Shown here piece by piece: positions 12,661-23,110 of a stretch of 64,000 bases of DNA (position 1 is the first letter of the stretch; each line of letters opens with the position of its first letter). The stretch comes from Eukaryota sp. GEM-RC1 (taxonomy: Eukaryota): NCBI GenBank assembly GCA_040285855.1, contig JAUFOQ010000001.1, positions 434,001 to 498,000 of the forward strand. The letters are read 5' to 3'. The notes below the pieces were generated by a model. It ran no database searches, was not told where the DNA came from, and saw only the letters and a list, made by a program, of their open reading frames with translations. The position numbers and the translations under genes are program-made.

Positions 12661-12699
12661 TTTCTGACCATGTTTTCAAGATGTGGTCAGAAACATCTA

Positions 12700-13130
12700 G
12701 GAAAAGGTGTCTCTAATTTGACAGTCTGGATATATTTCATTTTCGTTGAATTGTTATAGCACTTTACGCATTGGAAGAAGTCTTGGAGCCATGACATGTA
12801 GTCGACGTCTTGACTACAGAATTCCTACTTGGTCTCGATACAAAAGGGCCGTCTACTTTCGTCGGCTCATAACCTAGTGTAGGTTTCCAAGCATTGTCAG
12901 GAGGAGTGATTTCAGGAACGATGGTAATCGTATCCTCAGTTTCAACGGGTTTGCAGAGGACGGAGGCTTCAAGGCTGAAGGTGACTGATTGGTTTTAAAA
13001 GATCTTGAGAGGAGAGCGGCACAAGCGATGGTTATTGTTACCTTCAACGTGTACGATTTCTAGGTCAAAGTTTGCAAGGGGGGATCCATCGGGTGACGCG
13101 ACAGAATTCAATAGAAACCCTTTCTTTCAA
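12700..13130 (-). mobile_element. Ty3/gypsy pol remnant (RNase H end; copy at ~34145-34575)
   Basis: RVTRW..LANFDLEIVHVEGNNN matches RWxxxLxxFDxxIxHxxGxxN. Confidence 0.65.
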
Positions 13131-13144
13131 AGAAAGGGGGAAAA

Positions 13145-13610
13145 GGATGTCAATTGACACGCAGAATTCATTTTGGAAAATTCATGTTTGGCCTTCAACT
13201 AGAAAGAAAAATATACGAACCCAGTTTCTATTGTGATTAGTGCTGTATTTTGTAGTTCTATTCAGTGGAAGAAGGAATTTCTTCCACTCAGAACTTCACC
13301 AAGAATAAAAACTCTTGATCGAAATCGGAATCTTCAATTTTCAATAGACTTGATATACATGATTATTTGTAACGAAACAATAGTAATTATGATCATTCTA
13401 CTAAGAGAATATATTGATTTTTATGTAGTTAAGATGATTTCTTTTCAAATAATTTTCAAAATTAATTCAATCAATTTTGATTGACGTCATGAACATCACT
13501 GAAATCAGTGTATTTTTCTGTATAATGTAGGATATTTCATTTATTGTAACAACTTCCCAAAATTTGAAACGTATGGTTTTACGACTACTGAAAAACTTTC
13601 GTTCAGAATC
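13145..13610 (-). mobile_element. Fragment of a further HUH-family element: 3' end of ORF-x, spacer, and 5' part of the Ulp1-like gene
   Basis: 13535-13607 resembles 4181-4252 (VVKPYVSNFGKLLQ*). 13358-13530 is the inverted homolog of 15681-15858. 13151-13298 resembles 3934-4080. Confidence 0.7.
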
Positions 13611-13872
13611 CGTACGTTGCAAATTTAGAGACGACTTCACAATTTGAAATTTTGACAGCATTTATATAAAAATTAATAATGAACAATGTAATTTTTAGAA
13701 TATTTAAAAAATTTTAAATTTTTCAAAAAAAAAGAAAAAAGTTGTCTTTAAAAGTTAACTCAATATTTAACATTAGGTTTATCGATCGAACATAATTCAT
13801 AAACCTAAGGTTAATGTATTTATTTATATTATATAATGATCATTATTAAAAGAACCCAAATTTAACTAAAAT

Positions 13873-14250
13873 TTATTTTGGTAAAAAAGGAATATTTTCA
13901 CCATACGAAATATATAATTCTTCTCCTTGTTTAATATTTCTGGTTGAAATGTACTGAATCACACGACCTTTTTCATTCAGATTAATTTCTTCGGCTTTTG
14001 AATTTAATTCTGATTTAACATTGGTGTTGACATATCTGCCAACACCAAAATCCAAATTGTTATCTGATGCGTCAATAATTAAACCATTTTTTAATTGCCA
14101 CGCATTATCCACATAAATTGGATGAGTACGTGTAGTAATTGTGTCCTATATTTCCCAACAAAATATAGGACTATTTTATTTTAGGAATTCTCTTTTCGGC
14201 AAAGACACCTAAACCAGCATTGGCTCGAAGAGAAGATGTTAAGGAAAGAG
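13873..14250 (-). pseudogene. Compact SET-domain methyltransferase SET1 (duplicate ~35315-35692)
   Basis: NAGLGVFAEKRIPK ... IDASD..FGVGRYVNT ... ISTRNIKQGEELYISYG; frameshifted in the N-terminal half. Confidence 0.9.
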
Positions 14251-14463
14251 GATGTTTGAACTTCGTCGTTTGTTAAGACATTGATATCAATACATTTCAC
14301 TACATCTTTTGTAAGAATACTCTTAGGATTAATAAACATAAATTATTTTCTTTTTTTAAGGTCACTCGTAGGGTTACTATACATTTCATTACATCTTTTT
14401 TTTGGTTACTCTTAGGGTTAACAAAATACATCATAATATTTTTTAAGGTCAAACTATAGGTTA

Positions 14464-14850
14464 TCAATATCCAAAACAAAATACAGTCATATCAAGATTA
14501 ATTTGTTTATATACATAGGGTTTAGATTCTTTTGACAGATAGATTATAATCTGATCTGATGTTCCTTGAAATTTTTCAATGTGAGGTTGTTGAGCAGGAG
14601 AGTATTTTTGGTTCTTAGGAAGACATAAATCAAATAACATAGACTGTTGTTCTGTTGTTTCACTTAATGACGATGAAACATCTACATACAAATGAATGTG
14701 AGGTCGGGGATGTTGAACATGAGATTCTTTGACTAACACACTTTCATCAAGATCAGAACCAAATAGATTGATCTTTCATTGAGAGATGACGAACATTGAT
14801 CCAGTTTCAAGGATAGGGGCAACACCACCTCATGAGATTGTCAACAGCAT
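14464..14850 (-). pseudogene. HUH Rep endonuclease domain, copy B (duplicate 35906-36292)
   Basis: MLLTI...LVKESHVQHPRPHIHLYVDV...MLFDLCLP...QPHIEKFQGTSDQIIIYLSKESKP; stop codons in the first 25 codons. Confidence 0.85.
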
Positions 14851-14934
14851 GGTTGATGTTGTATGTAACTATTCATATGTTGTGAAAAATGACAAATGAC
14901 ATTTGACATTTGACATGATTTCTCAAAAAATTGA

Positions 14935-15600
14935 GGAAGACGCATCTACATTGAGAACATTCAAACTTGTACTGAACCGTTCAAAATATTCTGCTTTATT
15001 GAAGATAAACAAAAGCTTATCTTTTGTTCCAATACTAATGAAGAACCATCAGTTGTTCTTCATTAATCCTGGGTCATTTCTAATTCTAATCTTGATCTAA
15101 GGAAAACAAAATCTCTCACAACTGTTGTCCCTTCTGATCTTCTTGTTTTAAAGTCTCCTAGAAAATTTTTTTCTGTTGTTCAAAGAGCTTCTATATCTCA
15201 CTTTGAAAATGCAATTTTTCGTCTTCAACTTAAACCTTCTCATCTTCATAGTGCTGGTTTAGGTGTTTTTGTAGATGAATTAATTCCTAAGAATAGTATT
15301 GTTCTACATTTTGGTGGTATTTATACCAATGTGGAACCTGAAAGTAAACACAAAGGTGATATTACATATGGATGGCAACTTTTAGAAAATGTATTTCTTG
15401 ATGGTACTAATGTTGATTTAAATTATGGTGTTGGAAGATTTGTTAACACCAGCCATTTATCTCGATGTAATTTAAGAGCAATTAAATTTCAATATCCAGA
15501 TAACTCTTTGGGTATCATTTACAAATCAAGAAAAGAAATTCCCATCGAAACTGAATTACTTGTTCATTATGACACTAATCAATTACCTTTCCGTAGTTGA
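14935..15600 (+). pseudogene. ORF-x fused in frame to SET domain SET2 (duplicate ~36377-37042)
   Basis: A single frame broken only by TAA at 15064-15066 (AAA in copy A). LKPSHLHSAGLGVF..IPKNS...DG...GVGRFVNTS..CNL...SRKEIPIETELLVHY. The N-terminus is deleted relative to 4390-4534. Confidence 0.9.
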
Positions 15601-16027
15601 GTTTCATTTTTTACTAAAAATTTTCTTAAAACAACCCTTAATAAATGCAGTTGCTGGACAGTAAACATTATCATTAAATGCTACATTATACAGAAAAATA
15701 TACTGATTTAAATGATGTTTATGACATCAATCAAAATTGAAATTGAATTAATTTTGAAAACTATTTGAAAAGAAATAATATTAACTATATAAAAATCATT
15801 GTAATTCCTGAGTAGAATGTTCTATATCACTATAGTATTCGTTTTCTAATCATTTTCTTAAAACAGAATTGTCTTTTGGTTCGAACTCATTACATTTTTA
15901 GAATACAAATTTACTTTTCTTCAAAAATTTAAAATGTTTCAAAATATTTACATAATATTTGCAACAGTTTTTGAATTTTCTGTAATAGTTTATGTTATTT
16001 AAATGTACTATATAACAAAAGAAGTTA

Positions 16028-17125
16028 CACCGACATTGGCGCTGTCGGTATCATAGGGTTAGTGTGACTCATTTTGATAACTAAAGTCCAAATACATGAA
16101 CAGAGGAGAACAATTCTGTTACAACCTTCTGTGGATTTCATTTCAGTTGCAATTCCCCGAAATGAAACTTCCCCTCCCAAAATCAGTCCCTTTTTTTCTT
16201 CCATCTTGTGGGGTACTCCTTTGAAATCTTTGAGATCTTTAACCATCGTGAAGACTTTGTCACCGCCAAAATCAATGCTTCTGAATAAACAATGGTTCGA
16301 GCAATGTCTTCCTAAGAATCAAAAATGTTCCAATATTGACGCTGCAGGAATCAACCAAACGCTAGTTATACTTTATCCAACCCGAAATGTAATTTTTGCA
16401 AAAATCTGGTCATACAATAGACCAATGTCCTGATCCTTCCTGCAGGAAATCCAAGCTGAACAACAGAAAGTCCTATCCGAATTCGAATCCAAGAAACCAG
16501 AGAAACACTGCCGACAACTCCAAACGAAGTACTAGACGTGCAAGCCGAAACAATTTTACCTCTGGTAAGAAAATTTGTCGTAACTCACCTAACCAGGTCA
16601 CTGATACGAACCTCGTCAGTAACAAAGACCCCGGCCAAGAAGAAACTTTAGAACTTGACATTTAGTTGCCTAATTTCCTCGACAATGCATATGCCTCCTC
16701 CTCGCCAACATCTGAGAAGTTTACTTCTAAGACTTGCCTGGTTAAATCTGATGCCGAACCACTACAACTTAAGACGCAGTCTCGGAGGAAAGCTCTCGGT
16801 CCACATATTCATCCGTTGAAGCTCGAGGGAGTTGGTTTCCCTGTCGTTTCGGTTCTGGTGGCTGATGACGCTGACTTCTCTCCCGAGGTCCTGTTGTTTG
16901 TTAGAGGCTGACACTGAAGATAAAGCAGTGGTTTGTCCCAAAAAGAACAGCTTTCTCAAGAAGACGGTGAAAGTCAACTCCGTTCCTCTCACTGGAACGT
17001 GGGACATTGCCTGTGAGTGCAATTGCCTGTCTATAGACCAAGCCAAGAAGGCCAATCTGACTCTTGAAGACTCATCATTGTCTTTCACTCTCGCCAATGG
17101 AGAAACGGTTGAGTCTTCAGGAACA
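16028..17125 (+). mobile_element. LTR retrotransposon remnant: PBS-like TGGCGC, gag zinc knuckle, retropepsin (duplicate ~37469-38565)
   Basis: CNFCK-SGHTIDQC (CCHC) at ~16387-16428. VKVNSVPLTGTWDIACECNCLS...FTLANG is retropepsin-like. Confidence 0.8.
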
Positions 17126-17209
17126 GACTATTATTGTTATGTAATGATGCAAATTGCCGTTTTGTCAATTAAATAATAAAAATTTCTTTCACTATTCTGG
17201 TTTGATATC

Positions 17210-17645
17210 AAATATATCTTGAAAAAAGACAAAGAATCTAATAAGAGTTAATTGCAGTCATCAAATCTTGTGAATAAAACAAATATAAATTCCCCAACCA
17301 CGTGCAAGAAAAAGAATGTACATCTGCCTCGAAGAGACGAGCAAATGAATGTAGTTGATGAAGGTGTTTGCAAACCACATGAAACGTCTTTGATTAAAGA
17401 AACAGGTTGACTGATTGATGGGCAGATTCAAAGAAACGATGGCTTACATAACCAACTTTTTTAAAAAATGACGATTGACGTTGAGACAGAACATTTAAAG
17501 ACAATCAAGTGAGGATTGATAAAGATCAATAAAAACTGTTGAAAGCGTAAGTAATTGTAGGAAGAGGTGAGAAACAATGAGAACTAAGCAGACAATGTAT
17601 CAAAGTTAGGTTGCGGGGAGGAGATACTAGAAGAGGAGGAAACAT
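17210..17645 (-). pseudogene. Remnant of a gene head-to-head with each BTB-SPRY gene, possibly F-box-like at its N-terminus (homologs ~23200-24025, 38650-39085, 44590-45409, 57390-58089)
   Basis: Conserved minus-strand frames starting MFPP, then LLSFPP and SVVSRRFFES...FFNQTRFMWF, at all five loci. Confidence 0.45.
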
Positions 17646-17809
17646 TACACTTAACTGCTAGTAAGTGTTACATTATCATCAAATGAACGACTACTCTTCA
17701 GTAAAGGTTCAGGATTAGACAGGAACAATGTAGTTATGTTAAAAAAGCCAAAAGAAGATTGGTCTCCCGTTTTGGTCTCATTTACTTATCTCCTTCTCTA
17801 TTGCTTCTA
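17620..17809. promoter_or_regulatory. Conserved intergenic block upstream of BTB-SPRY genes (likely bidirectional promoter)
   Basis: cacttaactgctag..gtgttacattatcatca.atgaacgactactcttcagt is retained at all five loci, including the diverged one at ~58094-58150. Confidence 0.6.
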
Positions 17810-19405
17810 ATGTCGTTCTCCCTTCCCCCAGCAGAAACTCTTTCCATCATTCTCGATGAACCCTCCCTATGTAACCAAACCATTTCATTCGGCGAGGAAT
17901 CCATTGAAGTAAACAAATCTGTCCTCGCTGCTCATTCCACCTACTTCCGATCCCTCTGGTTCTTGGAGTTCGGCGACAAGCACGATAATCCCATTGACTT
18001 CTCACATCTTCCTGTAAGTTCTGACAACTTCTTCCTCTTCATCAAGTCCTTCTTTGGCAAATCATTCACTTTCGATGAGAGCAACGCCTACAACTTCTTT
18101 TACCTCGTCCACTACTTCCAAGTGGATAAACTCATTGACCAGTTTGAAAACCACCTAAACACTCATCTCATGACCTGGGCTTGGTTAAAACCATTCATTA
18201 AAGAAGCAGATGAAAGAAATGACTTGAGAGCTCTGGAATTCGTTGGTCCTTTCTTTTCTAAGATTGATGACCTTGTGATTGATGACGTGATGGAAATCAC
18301 TACTGAAGGGTTAAAAACGCTTGTAAAATACTGCATTTCCACTCAATCACAGTCGTGGTTCATCAAATCAATGGTCGAATCAATTTTGAATCAAAGTTTC
18401 GATTTGAATGAATTTTTAAATATTCTAAATTCTTGTTCAATTGAAGCCTTTTCTTTTCAACAATGGGATGAGTTTCTGTTTGTTCCTTTAAAAGATCTTG
18501 ACGAATTGGAAGCTGATTTGATGAAATTTTTGTTTACAAGAGTTAAGAATCTTTATTTTGACTCGTTGGTGAAGGAAAATTCTGATTTGAAGGAAGAAAA
18601 TTCTGATTTAACAACCAAAATTACTGATGTAGAAAATAACAATTCTGACTTAAATATATTAACTACTGATTTAACAGCGGAAAATCATACTTTGAAGACA
18701 ACCATTTCTGATTTATCTAAAGAAGTCAATGGTTCAAAAGCTGAAAACTTTCATTTGAAAACAAAAATTTCGGAGTTATCCATGCAAATGTCTAGTTTAA
18801 CTAATGACGTTCAGAATTTAACTGCTACAAAGTCTAACGAAATTGCTAAACTACAACAAGAGATTGAACAACTAAAATAGACAGCTACATCCCCTCAACT
18901 GGTGTCTCAATCAGTTCCTCAATCAAAAATGATTAGATTCTCTCAAACTAGGAAACATTCTCAATTACAAGTTAGTGGGGATAGAAAGAGAGTTGTTGTT
19001 GGAAGTCGAAGTTGGGCGTATAGAAATATCTTGGGAGAAGATCCACTTCTTCCAAGTAATGTGTATACTTGGAAGTTGAGGTACCAGGGGTCTACTGATG
19101 CTCTTTATGTTGGAGTCATTGACGAGTCAAAGTTTGGTGTTGATGATCGTTGTGTCAATGATGCTCACTGTTTTGAAAATAGTGGTGATCGTATTAAAGG
19201 TTGTCTTTCAGGAAAGAAGGCTAAGTGGAACCGTGGTGAATTACTCGAAATCAATGTAAATCTAGTTAATTTCACTTTAACAATCAAATCCGTGAGTAAT
19301 TCTTCAATTAATCTTACTGGAACTCTTCCCAGATTAAGTAGTGGTAATTATTATCCATTTGCTTTATTATGTCATAGGGATCATGTTCTTGAAATCGTTG
19401 AATAA
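17810..19405 (+). pseudogene. BTB-coiled-coil-SPRY/B30.2 protein copy 1 (type A), with in-frame TAG at 18878-18880
   Basis: BTB (VNKSVLAAHSTYFRSLW..F...HYFQVDKL), heptad coiled coil, and SPRY (VYTWKLRY..LYVGVID..GELLEINVNL..YYPFA). The two ORFs are in the same frame. True start is MSFSLPP. Confidence 0.9.
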
Positions 19406-20232
19406 AGTTGATAACATTGTCAGTGTGTGTATTCTCATTCAAAGTAGTGATTCGATTTACTTTTTGAATTCTGAAGCTACATCAATTCGAGCAGAAGCCA
19501 TTAATTACTGACCAGGGACGCCTATTCGATAAAAGGATCAATTTGCTTTTAAAATAGAGCACACTTGACAAAGAAATAGAAGTCGGTCAGTCTACTCTCT
19601 TGTAAAGTTGTAGTTAGTTTAAAAAATTATTGATATAAGTATACAAGTTGTTCGTAAATGAATTAAGACATCTCTCACTGTTTAAAATTTGACGAAATGG
19701 ATTTGAGTATTGTAGTCAATAGAAGAAATTACCAATAACACAAAAGGAGTCGGAGTTAAATCATTTTTTAATGAATAACTAGTAAACACTAACAACTAAG
19801 ACGATTATTAGAATTTGACATAACTTGGGACGAGTTTTGCAGTAAATTATTGTATTTCTTCAATGTTGTGTAACACTAATCATAGTAATTAATCTGTATT
19901 GGTAATTTGTATCACAAAAGAATTGGATAAACGCAAGCAAATTCTCATTCTATGATCATTTAGAAGGAAACAGATTGAAAACTAGTGTTACTTTGGTTGA
20001 AAATATTACGGTATCGTTAACACAAACTATTGTACATGTGTTACATGCAGTCAACGATGAAACAAACCACCAATTTGTCCACTCTGCTGAAATTGTGATT
20101 CTTCACACAAGTCTCGATTTACACATGATAGTTGAAACTGCTGACACATCATAAATTCCACAATGCAAGTAGATCCTTCCATCCATTTTGTTGTTTTCTG
20201 TTAGTAAAATTAATTTTCTTGGAGAAACAATT

Positions 20233-20290
20233 AATGTCAAGAATCTTGTAAGTACTAGTATTGTATCATACTTACAAGATTCTTGACATT
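20233..20290. repeat. Perfect 22-bp inverted repeat with 14-bp spacer (copies 26543-26600, 41618-41675, 47948-48005)
   Basis: AATGTCAAGAATCTTGTAAGTA-ctagtattgtatca-TACTTACAAGATTCTTGACATT. Confidence 0.95.
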
Positions 20291-20839
20291 TAACTAGTCA
20301 TCTGAAAAAAGGTAGAAGAATAATGTGACAAATATATACAAGATCATATCACAAACTGTTTCAGGATAAAACAATTACAATATTAACATATAGTACGATA
20401 CACTGTGAAAGAATTCAGTAAATTACATCGTTCTTTAGTTATATCGATTACATTTATTTGTTGCGACATCTAAATTTTTGTGTGACGATGTTACCATTTT
20501 GGCGTCCGTATGAAGTCTTCAGCAGATCATAACATTTTTCTTGACCACTACACTCTTGATTTCAAAACGCTGACTGTTGTATCAGCCTCATCATCATGAT
20601 TAATTTTCAAACTATTTATACGCTGAATGCAACACATACGTAATCTGCTTGACGTCTTCCTGGCCAGAAAAGTCTCTGCAGACTACCTTCAATACATACA
20701 ATCCTCCATTGATACGTCATCTACAGATATTCAGTGTCTTGTTTATGTTAGATTTGTTTATGTGGTTCATTTTTGTTTTACATAAATTCTACTCTATTCT
20801 TCAATTATTGTTACTCTACTCATCTTCCTTCTGATCTTC

Positions 20840-21000
20840 TTAGTTCACAAGCCAGCACCGGAAGCACATTAATGCAGTTACCGTGGTGTCATCTAACCGG
20901 GAACGCTTCTTAGTTATTACGTTACCAGTTTGTGAAAACAATCGTTCACTACTAACGGAGGTCGCTTGAACGGCTAACATATCCCTTGCTAACAACATCG
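20840..21000 (-). mobile_element. hAT dimerization-domain remnant (copies near 27150, 42230, 48555)
   Basis: LARDMLAVQATSVSSERLFSQTGNVITKKRSRLDDTTVTALMCFRCW. Confidence 0.9.
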
Positions 21001-21107
21001 CGCGCTAGGACGTGGCTCTGATATCTCGTTTATTTTCCTCAGTGGTAATAGCAAAATGAAGTACCCTTCTTCAAAGCAGTTCGTAGCTGGATGAAGTCAA
21101 ATATTTC

Positions 21108-21667
21108 AAGAATTAAAGTGAGGGTTACGAACGTTCAAACCGTTCAGTACAACTTTTTGTTGAAATTAATGGTCCACAATCAACGAAGAGTATGGGATTC
21201 TCGCGAACTCATTGAAAAAACACCCAATCTGTCGGAAAGTGAGGAGTTCTGGCAGGTTTGGGCTGACAGGTTGACTGATGAAACTGTTCAGTGGTCAACA
21301 GATGATTCTCTAGAATTGCTCAGAAGATTTGCTATCACCTGCCCCCGCTCTTCGAATTATTTTTCTCGTCATGAACTTGGAATGAAAGTAACTCAGTTTG
21401 TTGCTGAGAAAATCGGTCAAGCACACAGACAAATAGTTCAGAAACTCGAGATTGAGAAAAAGGATACTCCAAGATGTGTATACTAATGTCTGCTACCTTG
21501 GCTCAAGAACATCTAGTGAGCCAGGACTTCCAGATATTTCTGACTATTTACTTAACAGTACTGACGATGCTTTCGACACTTTTCGTGGCTTCCTACAGCC
21601 AAGAATTCAGTCGCAGATTGACTTGTCGTGAAACGATGAAACAAATGGTCAAACCTGAAGGTTTCTG
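21108..21667 (+). other. Coding-like fragment of unknown family (duplicate ~42494-43053)
   Basis: 131-codon open frame starting at a duplication breakpoint; no motif recognised. Confidence 0.3.
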
Positions 21668-22079
21668 ACTATTAGTATGCTGTTAGTTTGAACATAAAAC
21701 ATTATTAATGTATTATTAAAACATATAATTATTATCCAAATAATGTTCTTTGAGCAGAGCTTTTTTTGCTATAGTTCAAATAGGGAGACTGGCAAGGCTC
21801 TCAATTTTTCCATCCAATATGGTCAAAAAATCCTTTACAGTCCATCTTAATTCTGGAAGAAAGAATATAAATAATCACCAACAGTTTGAAGTACAAGGTG
21901 CAAACTTGACAAGGTTTGAAACCTCCTTCATTTTGTTGCATGAAAAGGTATATCAAAAGCAATGTGAGAATTTCACTTCGTCATTTCCGTTTTCTAACAG
22001 AAATGTAAATGAAGTACACTGAGACTGCAAAGTAACTGTTCTCTGTATAGATTCATTTGACTTACCTCAGTGTCTTCAT

Positions 22080-23110
22080 CAAACCCTATATACATTGACG
22101 ATGACTCTAGTAAAGACCTTTCTCTTATTTGGACACAAGTTGACAACAATGAAAGCTCTAAAAGGCGCAAAAAAAGCAGACAACCAGAATTCTAACAAGT
22201 TGTTTACCAACACCACCAGACGACATTTGGACAAAAACCATCCTAAATGGGACTCTATTAATTCAACCCCTGTGAAAACTCTTTTTGGAACTCTTGCCCA
22301 GAAAAAACCCAAAAGCAATCTCAGCTTCAATCCTAATTCACGTCTGTATTATCTCTTGTGATGTAGTCTTTAGGATCGTTGAACAACCAGTATTTTTACA
22401 AAATTTCAAAGAGCTAGTTGCCGACATTCATACATACATCCATCATATTACGATGTATGTACAATGTTATGGCAAGAAATTTCTCTCTCTCTCTCTTAAG
22501 CAAAGTTTTTCTCCTTTATCACCCACTATTCAAGAAACGAACTCATCCCTTGTGTTAGATGGATGAACTGGTTCTTCTGGTCAACCACTTGCGAATTTAA
22601 TCATTGTTACACTTGATGGTGCAATGTTTTACGATTGTATTAATAGAAAATCTAAAGATGGAAATCCCTTTATATTGAATTTAAAAAATGGTAATAAAAT
22701 AATAAACCCAGCGCACATCACTAACGTTGTAACTGACAATGCTAAACCAATAGTCACTGCTGATGATCTAATTGAACAGAAATTCCTTGCATTATATAGA
22801 CTCGCTGCCATTCGCTCTGTGTACATCTACTTAGAGTCTGATGCTTTCACCCCCAAGTAACCCTCTTAAAGTGACACCCAATGTCATTAGTGAGACTTGT
22901 CTGAAACCTGCATTTATTCTCAACTCACTTCTCCCATGGATACTGATTCAACCAAGGTAGTTCGGTACTCATCAACTTAACAACAATTACCTTGATTCCA
23001 TCTTAGTGATGACAAACTTTAGTTGTACTTTAATTATACATATTTATTAAACTGAACCATGGTTCAGAACCTGTTCAGTTCAAAGAGGTGCTGAACTGAA
23101 TTGAACCATT
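22080..23110 (+). mobile_element. Degenerate hAT-like remnants (BED finger and DUF659-like catalytic part; duplicate ~43466-44494)
   Basis: TTRRHLDKNHPKWDS..TLFG parallels the intact transposase. SLVLDG*T...NLIIVT..GAMFY and VVTDNA follow. AACTGAAC repeats at 23050-23108. Confidence 0.75.

Larger units (their letters stand above)
13630..16027. mobile_element. HUH-Rep element copy B: SET1 <- Rep <- TGTCA repeats -> ORF-x-SET2 -> terminus (duplicate ~35075-37468)
   Basis: Gene content listed separately. The right end is defined by homology to 2757-2935. The left end is tentative (AT-rich, weakly similar to the terminus). Confidence 0.7.

Noticed and set aside
12661..12693. 10-bp inverted repeat TTTCTGACCA/TGGTCAGAAA
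   Set aside because: Short, and sits at a junction between two retroelement fragments; likely a rearrangement scar.
17759..17809. Signal-peptide-like N-terminal extension on BTB ORFs
   Set aside because: It depends on a TTG start from the ORF caller and is not preserved in copy 5; the conserved ATG is MSFSLPP.
18878..18880. TAG reassigned to Gln (alternative genetic code)
   Set aside because: Only one such codon across five long genes, and the hAT transposase ends in TAG TAG. A CAG>TAG mutation is sufficient.
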